Source: a virus
Lineage: Duplodnaviria; Caudoviricetes
Reading direction: 5' to 3' (one strand)
DNA: 64,000 nucleotides
IMG/VR virus record: IMGVR_UViG_3300025831_000006
Span: 6,331 to 70,330 of that record
A model generated the notes under the pieces. It searched no databases and was not told the DNA's origin. It worked only from the letters and a program-made list of their open reading frames with translations. How positions within the stretch are numbered: the stretch's first letter is position 1; the number at the start of each line of letters is the position of its first letter. Made by a program: the position numbers and the translations under genes. Shown here piece after piece: positions 1-9,241 of this stretch.

Positions 1-51
1 GAATTCAAGCATTCCATTTAAGTAGGCAAATAGCTTCTTCATTGGTTTCCT

Positions 52-873
52 TTATACTGCCTTCAGGAGTTTTTCCTTGGTGGCGTTGCAAATGTTGATA
101 AGGGTTTCGTTGTCAGCACCATTAGGTATGGTGGTAGCCTTTGACCAGTTGGGCCAGAAGATATCTAGAGCAGCGCCTAACTTCACAGTGGGGTGTTGGA
201 TCTCGGGTAGTTCTTGCCATTGCATAGAGAGGATTAGTTCACGGTTAGCCCAGGCCACAATGTCAACTTCATCTTTAACGAGACAATAAATAGCGTCGTG
301 AATGAGTCCTACCGGCAGGATGTCATAGCGGTACTTGGACGCCCAAACCTTGCGCATAAAGTCCACTGCAGCACGGTTGTTCAATAAACCGTATGACTGG
401 CCCAATGCGTTACCGGCTGTGCGTCCTTCAGCAGCTGCTTCATAAGGCATCTTAGGTCCGTTGAACATCACCTGTGACAGTAATGGTGTGCGAACTCGAA
501 GACCGAATGCCACATCGACATAGCCATCCTTGGATGCCTGTTGAAGACGCTTTTGCACGTACTCATCAGACACCACGTACAGTTCGTGGTAGCCCTTCTC
601 GATAGCTTTGGCTTTGTCCTCCGGCCAGCCCAGGTTATTCACCAGGGTGTGCCAGGTGCCCTGGTAAGTCAAAGCAAAGGTTGGAGCCTTGGAATCCTGG
701 CGCAACGGATGATTGTTCTTTTTCAATTGGTTCACGGCCTTCGGATCATTCACGTCAATGCCAGGCAACTGGTCACGGAAGTAAACTACTGCCCGCAGAG
801 CATGGCCGTCATAGCCATCGGTGTTTTCTAATTGTTGAATGCTGACCACATCTGTGGAATTAATATCTAACAT
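52..873 (-). CDS. DNA polymerase (family A, N4 gp39-like), C-terminal fragment carrying motifs B and C
   Basis: TDGYDGHALRAVVYF, RQDSKAPTFALTYQGT (motif B), GRTAGNALGQSYG and IHDAIY (motif C). It has its own ATG with SD-like GGAAGGT, overlapping the HNH stop. Confidence 0.95.
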   Translation of the reverse strand: MLDINSTDVVSIQQLENTDGYDGHALRAVVYFRDQLPGIDVNDPKAVNQLKKNNHPLRQDSKAPTFALTYQGTWHTLVNNLGWPEDKAKAIEKGYHELYVVSDEYVQKRLQQASKDGYVDVAFGLRVRTPLLSQVMFNGPKMPYEAAAEGRTAGNALGQSYGLLNNRAAVDFMRKVWASKYRYDILPVGLIHDAIYCLVKDEVDIVAWANRELILSMQWQELPEIQHPTVKLGAALDIFWPNWSKATTIPNGADNETLINICNATKEKLLKAV

Positions 874-1393
874 TTACACCTTCCAGGTTTTTCAGTGCAG
901 TGAGTTTTCTTTTGCGTTGAGCTTCAGTTACCCACTCTTCTTTTCTTCCGTCTTTCTCAGCTTGGGTGCGAAGCATTCTGTTCAGTGTATTTGGGTGGTT
1001 ATTAACTTTCCCAACAATGTCCATAACGGTTTCCCCATTCAATACCCTCTCAAGCAATACCCTGCGTATATCAACGTGAACAAATCCTTTACGCAAGCCT
1101 GTTTCTAAAGCGTGTTGTGCATTGAATTCCGCAGAACACCACTCAAGATTGCTCACATGATTGTTGGCTTTGCTGCCGTCTTTGTGATTTACCTGGGGGT
1201 ACTGGTATGGGTTTGGGATGAAATGGGAAGCAACCAGTCTATGAATAGACAGTTGCTTCCCATCTAGAGTGACTATTTGATAGCCATTGGGGTTGGTTCG
1301 TTGAGTGAGTACAACATCAAGTTTTCCAGAATGCACTTCGCCATTTTCAAAAATAGCGTACATCTCGTGGTTTGCTACCTTGTAGCTTTTCAT
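860..1393 (-). CDS. Free-standing HNH homing endonuclease (NUMOD4/HNH type, C-terminal HTH-like region) inserted in the DNA polymerase gene
   Basis: IHRLVASHF..VNHKDGSKANNHVSNLEW. Probable start is ATG 1393 (GGAG at 1403-1406); the ORF track extends it to 1426. Confidence 0.9.
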   Translation of the reverse strand: MKSYKVANHEMYAIFENGEVHSGKLDVVLTQRTNPNGYQIVTLDGKQLSIHRLVASHFIPNPYQYPQVNHKDGSKANNHVSNLEWCSAEFNAQHALETGLRKGFVHVDIRRVLLERVLNGETVMDIVGKVNNHPNTLNRMLRTQAEKDGRKEEWVTEAQRKRKLTALKNLEGVNVRY

Positions 1394-3371
1394 ATAGTTC
1401 CACTCCGTTGAGTTCTTGACCATCATAATTTACTACATCTTCCTCACGGATTCGATGGGTAACGCCATTAACCGTCACATCAAACTGTTTGGAGCCTGCA
1501 TAGACTTTCAGTTTGTTCGGGTCTTTGGTTGTCAATGCCGAGATCATGTCCTCCAGTGAATTGAAGTCCGCGCCACAAAACAGCCAACCTTTAGGGCCTT
1601 CAAAGCATTCCTTGATTAGCTTGGCATACACTGATTTGGCAGGGATGTTCTGCAGGTTTGGTTCGCTCGAACTTAGCCGACCGGAGACTGTGCCACCCAG
1701 GTTAAAGCTGCCATGAAGCCATACTGTCCCATCACTCTTGAGAATAGCTTTTTCAAAAGCAGGGATGAATGTAGACAATATTTTGGCAGCCTTGCCATGA
1801 CCGATCAGCGCACCGAGCAGCTCTTTGTAAGAGGGCACATCAGTGTGGTTGATTAGCTTCTCGATGGTTTCAGCACCGGTGGCAGGTTGCTTGGTGTCCG
1901 TAATGTCGATGACTGGCAAATCCATCTGCTCATATAGCAACCGCTGCAACTGTGGCCCGGAGTTCGGGTTGAAGCACACATCACTGAACTTACTCAAGGG
2001 ATGCTGCTTAACCTTTAGCTTGGCATTGGCTGCTTCCATAGCACTGGTTTGCAAAAGCAGTTCTAGGGTTTTGATCACGCCGTTGTTTTGAATCACATCG
2101 AAATGACTCTTCTGGATCGCTTCCAGCTTGCCTTTGACCTCTTGTACTTTAGCGGCGTTCAGCGGCATCCCGGTCAGCTCAATCTGGATGATCAGCTTGA
2201 GGCTGGGCAACATAAGAGAGTGGTAAAGCTCTTCTTGCTGATCTGCCACCATCACCGGGTAATACTTGTCCTTGACGTAGTTGGTGGCCAGGGCATCGAC
2301 CAAGTTGTACTGGAGTAATTTGTCCAGTGGCACCTTGCGGATGTCCTTAACCTCTACCGCCCAGTTGCCCGCGAATTCCTGAGCCAGGGCTTTGAGGCTT
2401 AGTGCATTTCCAGCAGTCGAGTTCAGAGCCAGGTAGGCAATGATCTTGGTGTCATGAAACGATCGGGTCATGATGTCAAGCCCAGCCAGCAGACCTTTAG
2501 TGTCCAGCAAGTCCTCCATCCACAGAGCACAGATAATGGCTTTTAAGTCATAAGGTGCTTGGTGCCAGGTCAACTCTCCTTGGTACTCTGTGAAGAACTT
2601 GACTAGAAGAGCACGCACTTCCTGATTAATTCTGAAATACCCACATAGAGCCTTGCAGTCATCAGGTGCCTGGTCAATATCCGCTTGACATAGGATTGGC
2701 TTGTAGTCACAGGCAAAAGCAACCCCATTGTGCTGATCCCAGGCAAAAGCAATGGTGCCGATCCCTGCTTCGTTAAAACGCAGCGAGAAGGCCTCAATAT
2801 CACAACTGAGGCGTGGATACTGGTGTAGCGATTCAAGCGCTGCAGCAATGGCCTGAGTACCTTCTGGGTACTGTGCCGAGTGGACGATTCCCGTGCCTAA
2901 CGCTGTATAACTTCCTTTACACCCTGAAGCCAAAGTTTTTAAGCTCAGATCAAGCTTGGCGCCCAAAGAGGGGTTGAAGATCAGTGCCTGATGGTTCAGA
3001 CCCAACACCACGTTCATGTGCTCAAAGCCTTTGACTTTGCAAGGAAAGATGTATCCGAAATGTAGATCAGCTTTGATCTGACCGGCCAGCACCTTAAAGT
3101 AGCTGGAATCGGCTACGTATAGGTGCTGCACACCCAGGGAATCTAGTGCCGGCAAAAGCTTATTCAAATACTCTTTGATGAACACAGCTGGAGCCTTGCC
3201 CACCTCGTTGTAACTCAAGGTGAAAGCGATCACTTCATTGGCCTGAATGCCGAGCTGAGCCAAGGGATTGACATAGTTGGTAATTAAGTCTTGTTTGTTG
3301 AAGCTAGTACGCTTAACGAGGAGGGCAATAGGGCACACAGTAGATTGTTCGCTGAACAAGTGGTGACGCAT
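1347..3371 (-). CDS. DNA polymerase (family A, N4 gp39-like), N-terminal fragment with 3'-5' exonuclease and motif A
   Basis: CDIEAF (ExoI), GTVSGRLSSSEPNLQNIP, GADFNSLEDMISALTTKDPNKLKVY, followed by a 50-aa non-polymerase tail. Confidence 0.95.
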   Translation of the reverse strand: MRHHLFSEQSTVCPIALLVKRTSFNKQDLITNYVNPLAQLGIQANEVIAFTLSYNEVGKAPAVFIKEYLNKLLPALDSLGVQHLYVADSSYFKVLAGQIKADLHFGYIFPCKVKGFEHMNVVLGLNHQALIFNPSLGAKLDLSLKTLASGCKGSYTALGTGIVHSAQYPEGTQAIAAALESLHQYPRLSCDIEAFSLRFNEAGIGTIAFAWDQHNGVAFACDYKPILCQADIDQAPDDCKALCGYFRINQEVRALLVKFFTEYQGELTWHQAPYDLKAIICALWMEDLLDTKGLLAGLDIMTRSFHDTKIIAYLALNSTAGNALSLKALAQEFAGNWAVEVKDIRKVPLDKLLQYNLVDALATNYVKDKYYPVMVADQQEELYHSLMLPSLKLIIQIELTGMPLNAAKVQEVKGKLEAIQKSHFDVIQNNGVIKTLELLLQTSAMEAANAKLKVKQHPLSKFSDVCFNPNSGPQLQRLLYEQMDLPVIDITDTKQPATGAETIEKLINHTDVPSYKELLGALIGHGKAAKILSTFIPAFEKAILKSDGTVWLHGSFNLGGTVSGRLSSSEPNLQNIPAKSVYAKLIKECFEGPKGWLFCGADFNSLEDMISALTTKDPNKLKVYAGSKQFDVTVNGVTHRIREEDVVNYDGQELNGVELYEKLQGSKPRDVRYF

Positions 3372-3379
3372 TGATTTCC

Positions 3380-3898
3380 TTAAATGAGCAGGTTAGTGAC
3401 CATGCGAGACTTCATCAGATTGATAGAAGCTTGGTTCTTGTCACAGAGTAGGGTGATGGTTTCGTCAGAGAGGCATTTGCCACGACAGGGACAAGTATTG
3501 ATTAAGGCCTGCAACGGGTGGTGAACAGCCTGCGGAAGTAAGCGCAGGTAGTCATGCAGTTCGTTGGAGGAATTAAGCACCTGATTGATGAATCCTAGAA
3601 CGAAAGGTAGCTCTTTTTCGTTGAGCAGCTTGACTTCCTTGAGGTATTCGTTCATCGCCGGTTGGAGTTGAATCACCAGCCGGTTTATCTTGCGTGGCAA
3701 AGGTGTGGTATCACAGCTGTACAACACGTTTCTGTACATAAAGGACTGATGCGAAGCTCCACTCAATATCGTATTCTTAATGATCAACTTATTGAGTCGC
3801 TGTTTAAATTGCTTTTCAATTGGCTGATACAAATGGGTGTAAAGAACATCTTTGATCTGCTGTTTGGTTCGGGGATCGTGTTGCAATTGCTCTGCCAT
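3380..3898 (-). CDS. Conserved N4-like hypothetical protein (between helicase and polymerase)
   Basis: 172-aa ORF with good coupling to pol; syntenic with N4-like phages. Confidence 0.7.
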   Translation of the reverse strand: MAEQLQHDPRTKQQIKDVLYTHLYQPIEKQFKQRLNKLIIKNTILSGASHQSFMYRNVLYSCDTTPLPRKINRLVIQLQPAMNEYLKEVKLLNEKELPFVLGFINQVLNSSNELHDYLRLLPQAVHHPLQALINTCPCRGKCLSDETITLLCDKNQASINLMKSRMVTNLLI

Positions 3899-3925
3899 GT
3901 TGAAGCCTAGTAAGTAGGCCCCTTT

Positions 3926-4597
3926 TTATGGGTGCCTGTTTGTTTGAAAATCTTGCAAGTTGTTGGCGTCGATATATGAACAGCGTGCTTTCCATGCTGC
4001 CTCTTCTGTGTCAAAACTGCCTATGGTGATGCGCTTTTTATTTACCGTGATTGCAGACACCCACTTATTTTTCGCGCTGCGAAAATGCACTCCTGTATAT
4101 ATAGAGCTGTGCTTCTGTGTACGCCGATTTCTAGACTGGGTAGTTGGAGTAGCCCATCTACAGTTTTCTGGAGAGTAGCCTTTGTTTACATTTTCTCGAT
4201 CAAGCTCTAACTCATCTGAGTAACCTGAGCTGACTGCCCATGCCAAAAAGCTTTCAATATCCACTGCCCATTGAGAGCAAATAGTTACGCCTCTACCACC
4301 ATAGCGGGGATAAGACCTGTTGTTAGGGTTAGTACATCTTTGCACCATAGCTGTGTATACACGGTATAGACGAGTGTTTCTATAACCATGGGTAGTTACC
4401 CTTGCTGATGTAACTTCTTTACGCAGACATCCACAACTAAGGGTGTTTCCTGACCGTATATTGCTTATTGCGGATTCAAATAAGTTTCCACAGGAGCACT
4501 GTGTCAAAACAAACTGTTTTCTGCCACGAACTCCCAGACTCTTTAATACGGTCAAACGCCCATAAAGATGCCCGACAGCATCAAAAAGTTTAGCCAT
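3926..4597 (-). CDS. Free-standing HNH endonuclease with C-terminal AP2 DNA-binding domain
   Basis: GRLTV..CSCGN..SCGC, RCTNP..YPRYGGRGVTIC, LDRENVNKGYSPENCRWAT, then AP2-like YTGVHF..KWVSAI..IGSFDTEEAA. Confidence 0.9.
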   Translation of the reverse strand: MAKLFDAVGHLYGRLTVLKSLGVRGRKQFVLTQCSCGNLFESAISNIRSGNTLSCGCLRKEVTSARVTTHGYRNTRLYRVYTAMVQRCTNPNNRSYPRYGGRGVTICSQWAVDIESFLAWAVSSGYSDELELDRENVNKGYSPENCRWATPTTQSRNRRTQKHSSIYTGVHFRSAKNKWVSAITVNKKRITIGSFDTEEAAWKARCSYIDANNLQDFQTNRHP

Positions 4598-4609
4598 AAA
4601 TCACTTTTA

Positions 4610-5872
4610 TTAAATCAGGTCACCTGTGAAGTACACGTTATCTCTTGCTCTAGAAACGGCAACGTATAACATCCTGGCAACTTGTTCCCCGCTATTGCAG
4701 CGTCGCACATCGTCAAGGTCAATAAATACTTTTCCATATGTACTCCCTTGCGATTTATTAATGGTACTCGCGTAAGCTGCACGGAGGTCAACCCATTCCG
4801 ACTCGATCTGAGCAATCAGATGCACTTCGTTCTCCGCTTTGGCTTTACGAATGCGAGCATTCTTGGAGTCCAAGGTCTTGGGCATAAAGGCCTGCATGGA
4901 ATGATTCATGGTAAAGGCATTGCCCAGTACACCCAGCCGTTCAATCTCTTCTGAGATGCCAGTGATTTGAACCAGTTGGTCAGTCTTGATGGACTGTCGG
5001 CCGAGCTGTAGAAAAGAGTTGCACACCGCGTAGTCATCTACTGCGAATTGTGGGTCACCCTTCACATAGTTACGCACGAAGTGATTAAAACCAATTACAC
5101 ACTTATTGGTCCAGGCCAATATTTTGGAATCCTGGTAACGCCAGTCAGGTCTAGCAAACTCCACTTCAATCGCTGTGTTGAAGGCATCACGATCCAGGTA
5201 CTGGATGTGGTGGCCATCAGGCTTGAAGCTGAAGAAATTTCCGGTATTGACGGTGTGGCGGAACTTGGTAGACAGGTCCACAATTGGGTTACCCTCTGCT
5301 TGTCGTACCACCTGCGTTAAAGCTGCACCAGAGAACTTGGCATCAAATACCGGTGTGCCAGAAGACTTTACAGGAGTTAGTTGTGCTGGATCCCCAACGA
5401 AGACAATCTTGCAGTTTTTGGTTTTGCTGAAGATGTACTTCAGAAGCTGACTGTCAATGTAACTAGCTTCGTCAATGATCAACAGGTAGCCTTCCTTGAC
5501 CTCTTGATTTTTCGAAATTAGTGTGGTGACATTGGTTTTGTAGTCGGTCTGTACCCGCAAGCCCAAGAACGAGTGAATGGTGCCTGCTTCCATGCCAGTG
5601 ATGGTAGCTAGGTTCTCAGCCGCTTTGTTGGTCGTGGCAGTGAGTTCCACCGCATATTCACGCTGGTTTGGATCGATCAATCGGGCGGTCTTCATGAAAC
5701 CAGGTAAGCAATCGAGTAGGGTACGAACCAGGGTGGATTTACCGCAACCAGAGTAACCCGACAGCACAAAGACTGTTTCGATCGGATCACACAGGAATTG
5801 GTACAAAGCGTCCATAGCCCCCTGTTGGTCAACAGTCAGAGTGAATTCAGGTTGTGCAAGTGCAGTGTTCAT
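4610..5872 (-). CDS. Dda/RecD-like SF1B DNA helicase
   Basis: Walker A GYSGCGKS, IIDEAS, GDPAQL, AYASTINKSQGSTY, YVAVSRAR. Confidence 0.93.
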   Translation of the reverse strand: MNTALAQPEFTLTVDQQGAMDALYQFLCDPIETVFVLSGYSGCGKSTLVRTLLDCLPGFMKTARLIDPNQREYAVELTATTNKAAENLATITGMEAGTIHSFLGLRVQTDYKTNVTTLISKNQEVKEGYLLIIDEASYIDSQLLKYIFSKTKNCKIVFVGDPAQLTPVKSSGTPVFDAKFSGAALTQVVRQAEGNPIVDLSTKFRHTVNTGNFFSFKPDGHHIQYLDRDAFNTAIEVEFARPDWRYQDSKILAWTNKCVIGFNHFVRNYVKGDPQFAVDDYAVCNSFLQLGRQSIKTDQLVQITGISEEIERLGVLGNAFTMNHSMQAFMPKTLDSKNARIRKAKAENEVHLIAQIESEWVDLRAAYASTINKSQGSTYGKVFIDLDDVRRCNSGEQVARMLYVAVSRARDNVYFTGDLI

Positions 5873-5884
5873 TTGTTTTACTAG

Positions 5885-6187
5885 TTAGGCCACCAAAACT
5901 TCGGGATTAACCTCTTCAGGTTTAACTCCAAGTAAGGCAGCAATTTTAATGCGGATGTATTCGTCATGGGATAGCAGCCTGGCTGAAATAGTATCCCTAT
6001 TGAATTCTGTAATACGATGTTGTTCCCCACCATAGGGTTCTTTTAATTGTTCAGCCTTACTTAATGCCACAAGAAAAGCAATCCCATCCTTATAGGGGAG
6101 AATGATTTTCTTGTCATAGGACAGCTCAAAGGTCATGTAATTTTCTTTGGTTGCTTGCACTTTTTTAAGTGCTTCTTCGTAGGTCAT
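5885..6187 (-). CDS. Hypothetical protein
   Basis: 100-aa ORF in operon context. Confidence 0.7.
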   Translation of the reverse strand: MTYEEALKKVQATKENYMTFELSYDKKIILPYKDGIAFLVALSKAEQLKEPYGGEQHRITEFNRDTISARLLSHDEYIRIKIAALLGVKPEEVNPEVLVA

Positions 6188-6189
6188 GT

Positions 6190-7305
6190 TTATCCTTTCA
6201 TTGAATAGTGAATAACTTTACCAAATGGTGCAACAAATGCCGGACTATCATGAATTAACCAGACCGTGTTTGTTTTGCTTTCAGTAGAATAAAAATAAAA
6301 GCCACCATCACTGAATACCAATAGCAATTGGGGTTTATTGACATTGGCCCAGTCCAGCACCGGATTAATTAATGTGCCCCCACGGCCGGTGAATTTCACA
6401 TTCATTAGCTCTTGAATGCTTCCAATATCATTTACTGATTTGATTTCAGTATCAAATTGAATCAGCGTTAGTTTCTCCGGCTTCATCATTCGCAATATCG
6501 AATGCATCTCTGAGACGAAGCGCAGGAAATCAGCATCACTGACGGAACCAGAGGTATCTACTGCTACTGCGATATTCATCAGGTTCTCGCTGTACATACT
6601 CGGCAAGTGGTGCTTTGGAAAATACCGGCGATTGGGTTTGCGCCAGGTATAGTCGTTCTTGGCAAAGGCCTGGAGATACTTTTGCAATATCCGGTTCCAT
6701 GGCAGCTTAGGTTTAAGCAACCGGCTTAGAAATATCTCGATTTCACCGGGAATAGTGCCTGGCTTGTCCTGAGATATTTTGGACTGGATTGAAGCTTGCA
6801 CCAGAATGTCCTGCATCGTGCGTTGCATTTCCTCGGGGTCACCATCACCCGGAACCAAATCTTGCATATTGGGTTTGCCAGGATTATTGGGGAGTAAAGC
6901 GTAGACCTCTTCTACTGACAAGCCTTTGTATTGTGGGTCGGCATAGCCATTTTTAGGCATTTTGTAGCCGCGATCAATTAGTTGCAGATTAATAACATGA
7001 TCTGCGGCGATATTCCAGCGATCTGGACAGGCGCCGGGAATCCTACGAACCATGTGCAAATAGGCACAGTGCATCGTCTCATGCAATAACAGGAATACCC
7101 GCTCCTCAGAATCTAAGTCCATAAAGAATTTGGTACCAAACTTAATATATTTGCCATTGGTGCAGGCAGTAGACACTGTGTCATCAAAACTGTGACGCAA
7201 GGAGAAGCATATTGTTGTAAAAAATGCAGAATCGGCCTTGGCCATTAATTGAATCTTGGCTTTACTCAACGCCATAATATGGTCGTTATTAATAACGGTT
7301 GTCAT
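6190..7305 (-). CDS. Metallopeptidase-like (HExxH) plus vWA domain protein (N4 gp25-like)
   Basis: LLHETMH zincin motif, WNIAADHVIN, MIDAS DTSGS, GRGGT. Confidence 0.9.
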   Translation of the reverse strand: MTTVINNDHIMALSKAKIQLMAKADSAFFTTICFSLRHSFDDTVSTACTNGKYIKFGTKFFMDLDSEERVFLLLHETMHCAYLHMVRRIPGACPDRWNIAADHVINLQLIDRGYKMPKNGYADPQYKGLSVEEVYALLPNNPGKPNMQDLVPGDGDPEEMQRTMQDILVQASIQSKISQDKPGTIPGEIEIFLSRLLKPKLPWNRILQKYLQAFAKNDYTWRKPNRRYFPKHHLPSMYSENLMNIAVAVDTSGSVSDADFLRFVSEMHSILRMMKPEKLTLIQFDTEIKSVNDIGSIQELMNVKFTGRGGTLINPVLDWANVNKPQLLLVFSDGGFYFYSTESKTNTVWLIHDSPAFVAPFGKVIHYSMKG

Positions 7306-7316
7306 AGGGTTCCTTA

Positions 7317-7341
7317 AATAAAAAAGGAGCCCTATGGCCCC
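7317..7341 (-). terminator. Rho-independent terminator
   Basis: GGGGCC-ATAG-GGCTCC followed by TTTTTTATTT on the minus strand. Confidence 0.7.
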
Positions 7342-7371
7342 AATATCACACGACGCGGGACGTGTCTGTTA

Positions 7372-7820
7372 TTAACTTGGATTGATTAACTTAGTAGCAA
7401 GGTAAACCTTGCCATATTTCTCTTGGTCGTCCCAAGGTAATACAGCAACATGTTTTTGGCACAGCCTAATACACTTGATTAATGCAGCATGGTCTTGGAG
7501 AATAGGCAGAAGGGCGTCTAGCGGAACAGCACTATCACCGTCATAAACGGTCTTAATAATAATGTCACCTGTAGAGGTAAACCGACAACTTTTGCATCCT
7601 GGCCCGTAGTTATCTCCATGACTCCAGTTGCTGTCAAAGGCAATACCGGCAGTTTCCAATTTCGATAGGAAAGGTAAATCGCCAGCATTCACCTCGTAGA
7701 AAATAAAATAGGTAAGAGAATCTTCTAAGTATTCCTCCTCGGGGCTGTACTTGGCGAATGCTTTAGCTGCCTTCGCTTGACTACTGAGTACGGTCAGCGT
7801 AACTGTGGTTACGTCGCTCA
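7372..7820 (-). CDS. Hypothetical protein
   Basis: ORF track gives 7372..7926; a more plausible start is MSDVTTV near 7820. Confidence 0.6.
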
Positions 7821-7975
7821 TTGGTTTGCTCCTGCTTGATTCGTTCAAATGTTTTGCGAATATCTGTATTTGCAGCACTGACATACTTGAAATTAGGGTT
7901 GAGTAAACCAACCCTCCCAGTATCATTTGGAGAATTAATGGGGCGTGTCACAATGGTAGTTTCCATTTGCTTCTT

Positions 7976-8005
7976 TCAAAAGAAAAGCCACTGATTAAGT
8001 GGCTT
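7976..8005 (-). terminator. Rho-independent terminator downstream of the MoxR-like ATPase
   Basis: AAGCCAC-TTAATCA-GTGGCTT followed by TTCTTTT on the minus strand. Confidence 0.75.
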
Positions 8006-8195
8006 GGTTAATAGTGGCTGTCTCTCCAGCCTGTCACACGAATGTTCTTGTGCTGTTGCTTGCCTATACCGTCTGAGGGTACTCAGCTCACACTGGTGGA
8101 TCGTGTATTACCGCTGCTAGGTCGGGGTAATCGTTTCACTGCTGTTTTGTACGGACGAGATACATACTGTCAGCTTCCACTTTCCCCCGTAATCA

Positions 8196-9239
8196 TCAAA
8201 AGAGGTTCGCAGCAGATTCCGCGACCCACTTCTGCACAGCAGGATGGCCCATCAGGGATTTGTTCCTGCGCACAGTTTCACGCAAGGTGACCACCTGGAA
8301 TTCGGGGGGCATCCGATTAACGTATTTCATGACTTGGCTAAAGGTATCCTTGTCCGCGTTGTGAGCAATGGAACCCGTGAGTGCAAATAGAATACTGGGC
8401 TCATCAGGAATCTTGAGAGTTTCCGGTGACATGGCAATCTGGGCTGGCTTGGGCAAGTCCTGGTAGATCTTGCAGAAGCCAATGAACTCTCTGGCCACTC
8501 CTTCGGAGATGGTGCCGGCCAGCATGGGAAGGCGGTCAGGATCATCATCGGTAGTGGCCTTGAGAACTCGATTAGCAAATTCCCAAGTCCGCCCACAGGC
8601 GTAGGTGTGGTCAGTGTGATCTGGACTGAAAGCGTATACATTGCCCGGTTTGAACTTGGCATAGTCACTAATTCGGTGGTCAATATTATTTGCTGCGCAC
8701 CAGTCGGTGAATTCCGTGACATCAGAGACAAGCTCCATGTGAACAAGGCGTGACTGCATGGCTGTGCTCATAGGATTCACAATTGCGTTGTCTGTTTCCA
8801 GGTTGCCAGCACAAACAATGCCTACATTTTTGTGCAGGTGGTAAATACCCACCATGCGATCCAGCACCAACTTGTAAGCGGCAGCCTGAACAGCGATGGA
8901 AGCACCATTAAACTCATCCAGGAACAGTAGCCAGCCAGAGTAATCTTCAGGAATGGTATCGCCCTCGATCGGAAACGTCTCCATGGGAACATAACCAGCT
9001 TTGTTTCCTTTGATGTTTGGAAATCCCATTAAATCTGTAGGGTCACACTGACTTAGCCGCAGGTCAATGACCTTGAGGTTGTACTCAGCAGCGATCTGAT
9101 GAACGATAGATGACTTGCCCATGCCTGGACTGCCTCTGAGCATGGGAACAAGACCCGCCTTGATGTACTTAGTGATCATCGAGATGGCTTGGCTGATTTT
9201 GACTTGGGTCGCAGTGCCAGTTGTGGGCAGAACTTGCAT
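8196..9239 (-). CDS. MoxR-like AAA+ ATPase (N4 gp24-like)
   Basis: GSPGMGKS, LFLDEFN, AGNLETD, AMQSRL. Confidence 0.9.
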   Translation of the reverse strand: MQVLPTTGTATQVKISQAISMITKYIKAGLVPMLRGSPGMGKSSIVHQIAAEYNLKVIDLRLSQCDPTDLMGFPNIKGNKAGYVPMETFPIEGDTIPEDYSGWLLFLDEFNGASIAVQAAAYKLVLDRMVGIYHLHKNVGIVCAGNLETDNAIVNPMSTAMQSRLVHMELVSDVTEFTDWCAANNIDHRISDYAKFKPGNVYAFSPDHTDHTYACGRTWEFANRVLKATTDDDPDRLPMLAGTISEGVAREFIGFCKIYQDLPKPAQIAMSPETLKIPDEPSILFALTGSIAHNADKDTFSQVMKYVNRMPPEFQVVTLRETVRRNKSLMGHPAVQKWVAESAANLF

Positions 9240-9241
9240 GG

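Noticed and set aside
1-6. Window begins with GAATTC (EcoRI site)
   Set aside because: This is most likely an arbitrary linearisation point or chance, with no biological signal.
823-1499. Group I or II intron in the DNA polymerase gene
   Set aside because: There are no P/Q/R/S elements, no room for a catalytic core around the HNH ORF and no terminal G, and both downstream ORFs have their own SD and start.
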